Notes under the pieces: generated by a model
Told to the model about the DNA's origin: nothing
Database searches by the model: none
The model's input: only the letters and a program-made list of their open reading frames with translations
Assembly: GCA_004764695.1 (NCBI GenBank)
Contig: SMSO01000033.1
Location: 2,356,001 to 2,420,000, forward strand
DNA length: 64,000 bases
Origin: Schizochytrium sp. TIO01
Taxonomy: Eukaryota > Protista > Bigyra: Labyrinthulomycetes
Reading direction: 5' to 3'
In this document: one piece after another, positions 62,791 to 64,000 of the stretch
Numbering within the stretch: the first letter of the stretch is position 1
How the letters are laid out: each line of letters starts with the position of its first letter
Translations under genes and position numbers: made by a program

Positions 62791-63906
62791 GATCGCTCAA
62801 GGTTGCGCTTCCTTCGATTCTTGTTTGGTGTTTACTCGCTTGGTGCCTCTAGTACTACTACTATGACATAGTTCCTATCAACAACTAGGTAGTTGCTCGT
62901 TATAATTAGGGAGCGACAATTCTGAATAATCAGATAAACACAGAGTAGAAACGAAGTTGTGAAGACTGGGACTTACTCAAAATCATCTTAAGGATGACAT
63001 TTCATAAATGCATGTTTATCAAGCGTCTGGTGGTTTGATACGAAAGAAAAGCCACAGAATCTGCAGGCAACAATCTTATGGGTGAGAATAGCGTATCGCA
63101 TTTAGGAGTATACTGCAATACCACCTGAAGTGAATGTGTGCGTGGGGTGATTTGTATATAACATTTAAAAAAGCAATGTCTCTTTAAACGTAGGTACACT
63201 CGTGGAGGATCGGTAATTTGCTCAAATGCTTTGCAATCTCACCGTTCCTCAATTCGCAAATTTCAAGAATTCTTTTCACAAATCCCTTCTCTTAAAACCA
63301 TAAAATCTCGTCAATGCCTAGACCCTAATTCCCGATTTATCACTCGTCTGCTAGTGCCTACCACGACTCCAGCTCGTTTCGCTTTCATTCCCAATCTCCT
63401 CTTCTGGCCACATCTCATCTCATCTCATCGTCGTCAATGTGTTCTGATTCACTTGTGTGTCCTATAACCCACTTTCCAACCTTTTCCTCTTTTCCAACAA
63501 GTGAGTTATTCTGCACTCTATAAGTGAGTTAAAACTCTCCCAAGTCAACTATTCCCCGCTCTGCTGATCGTGTGGGTGGCGCTGCCCCTACTAGCACCTT
63601 CTTAGGCTAAACCGTAACCCGGCCCGTCAACCCATCGCACTTACAAACCAATAGGGACCTAGCAATCAACCTCCACAGACAGACACCCTTCAGCTTCTGC
63701 TGCGCGCAACCTCGTTTCGTGCCGCAGCGACTAGGTCCAGTCGCTGTAGAATTCATTTGATTCTTCTCGCACACCACTCGCACGCCAGCGTCTGCCTCGG
63801 CTTGAAACTGTCGCTACTTACCCCGTCTTCAGTTTGTCTGTAGCCATCGGGTCAAGCAAGCAAGACAAAAGATCAGGTCAGACTAGATCGGAGCAGATAA
63901 GATAAG

Positions 63907-64000
63907 ATGTCTACACAGGCTGCCGCAAGCGTGAAGGCAGGCACCAAGGCTGGGGCTGCCTTTGGAGGTTCAGAGTTTCAGGCCGTGGTGCTCGCTGGAG
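63907..64000 (+). CDS. EIF2B3: 5' end of translation initiation factor eIF2B gamma subunit (nucleotidyltransferase-like fold), truncated by the window end
   Basis: ATG at 63907 gives MSTQAAASVKAGTKAGAAFGGSEFQAVVLAG; EFQAVV.A is the conserved eIF2B-gamma N-terminal motif. Only 31 codons are visible. Confidence 0.65.
   Translation, partial: MSTQAAASVKAGTKAGAAFGGSEFQAVVLAG

Overview
Intron-poor eukaryotic genomic DNA, most consistent with a thraustochytrid/labyrinthulomycete stramenopile. This is inferred from an 11-kb intronless axonemal dynein, a hybrid His kinase, short GT-AG introns with CTAAC branch points and microsatellite-rich spacers. About 14 protein genes are present: a 5'-truncated dynein heavy chain with a degenerate AAA1 site, a membrane hybrid histidine kinase, a CFA/CNMT-family methyltransferase, a large lipid-modifying fusion gene, a small coiled-coil protein, a TPR-TMEM33 fusion, a cNMP-RGS protein, a spliced methionyl-tRNA formyltransferase, a HEAT protein, Hop2, a giant ARM protein, a TIR-NACHT-WD40 NLR, a SAM-TIR protein and the start of eIF2B-gamma. 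Top finding: an unannotated in-frame intron (27566-27807) appears to join two ORFs into one ~1627-aa protein (FAD oxidoreductase + CFA-type methyltransferase + TLC-like membrane domain + DUF1365). This would place homologs of the three core bacterial furan-fatty-acid enzymes (UfaD/UfaM/UfaO) in one polypeptide, divergently paired with a second lipid methyltransferase (FufM-like candidate). Second: a co-oriented ARM / TIR-NACHT-WD40 / SAM-TIR cluster resembling a protist innate-immunity locus with a 'split SARM1' layout. All family assignments come from motif recognition by eye, not from database searches.
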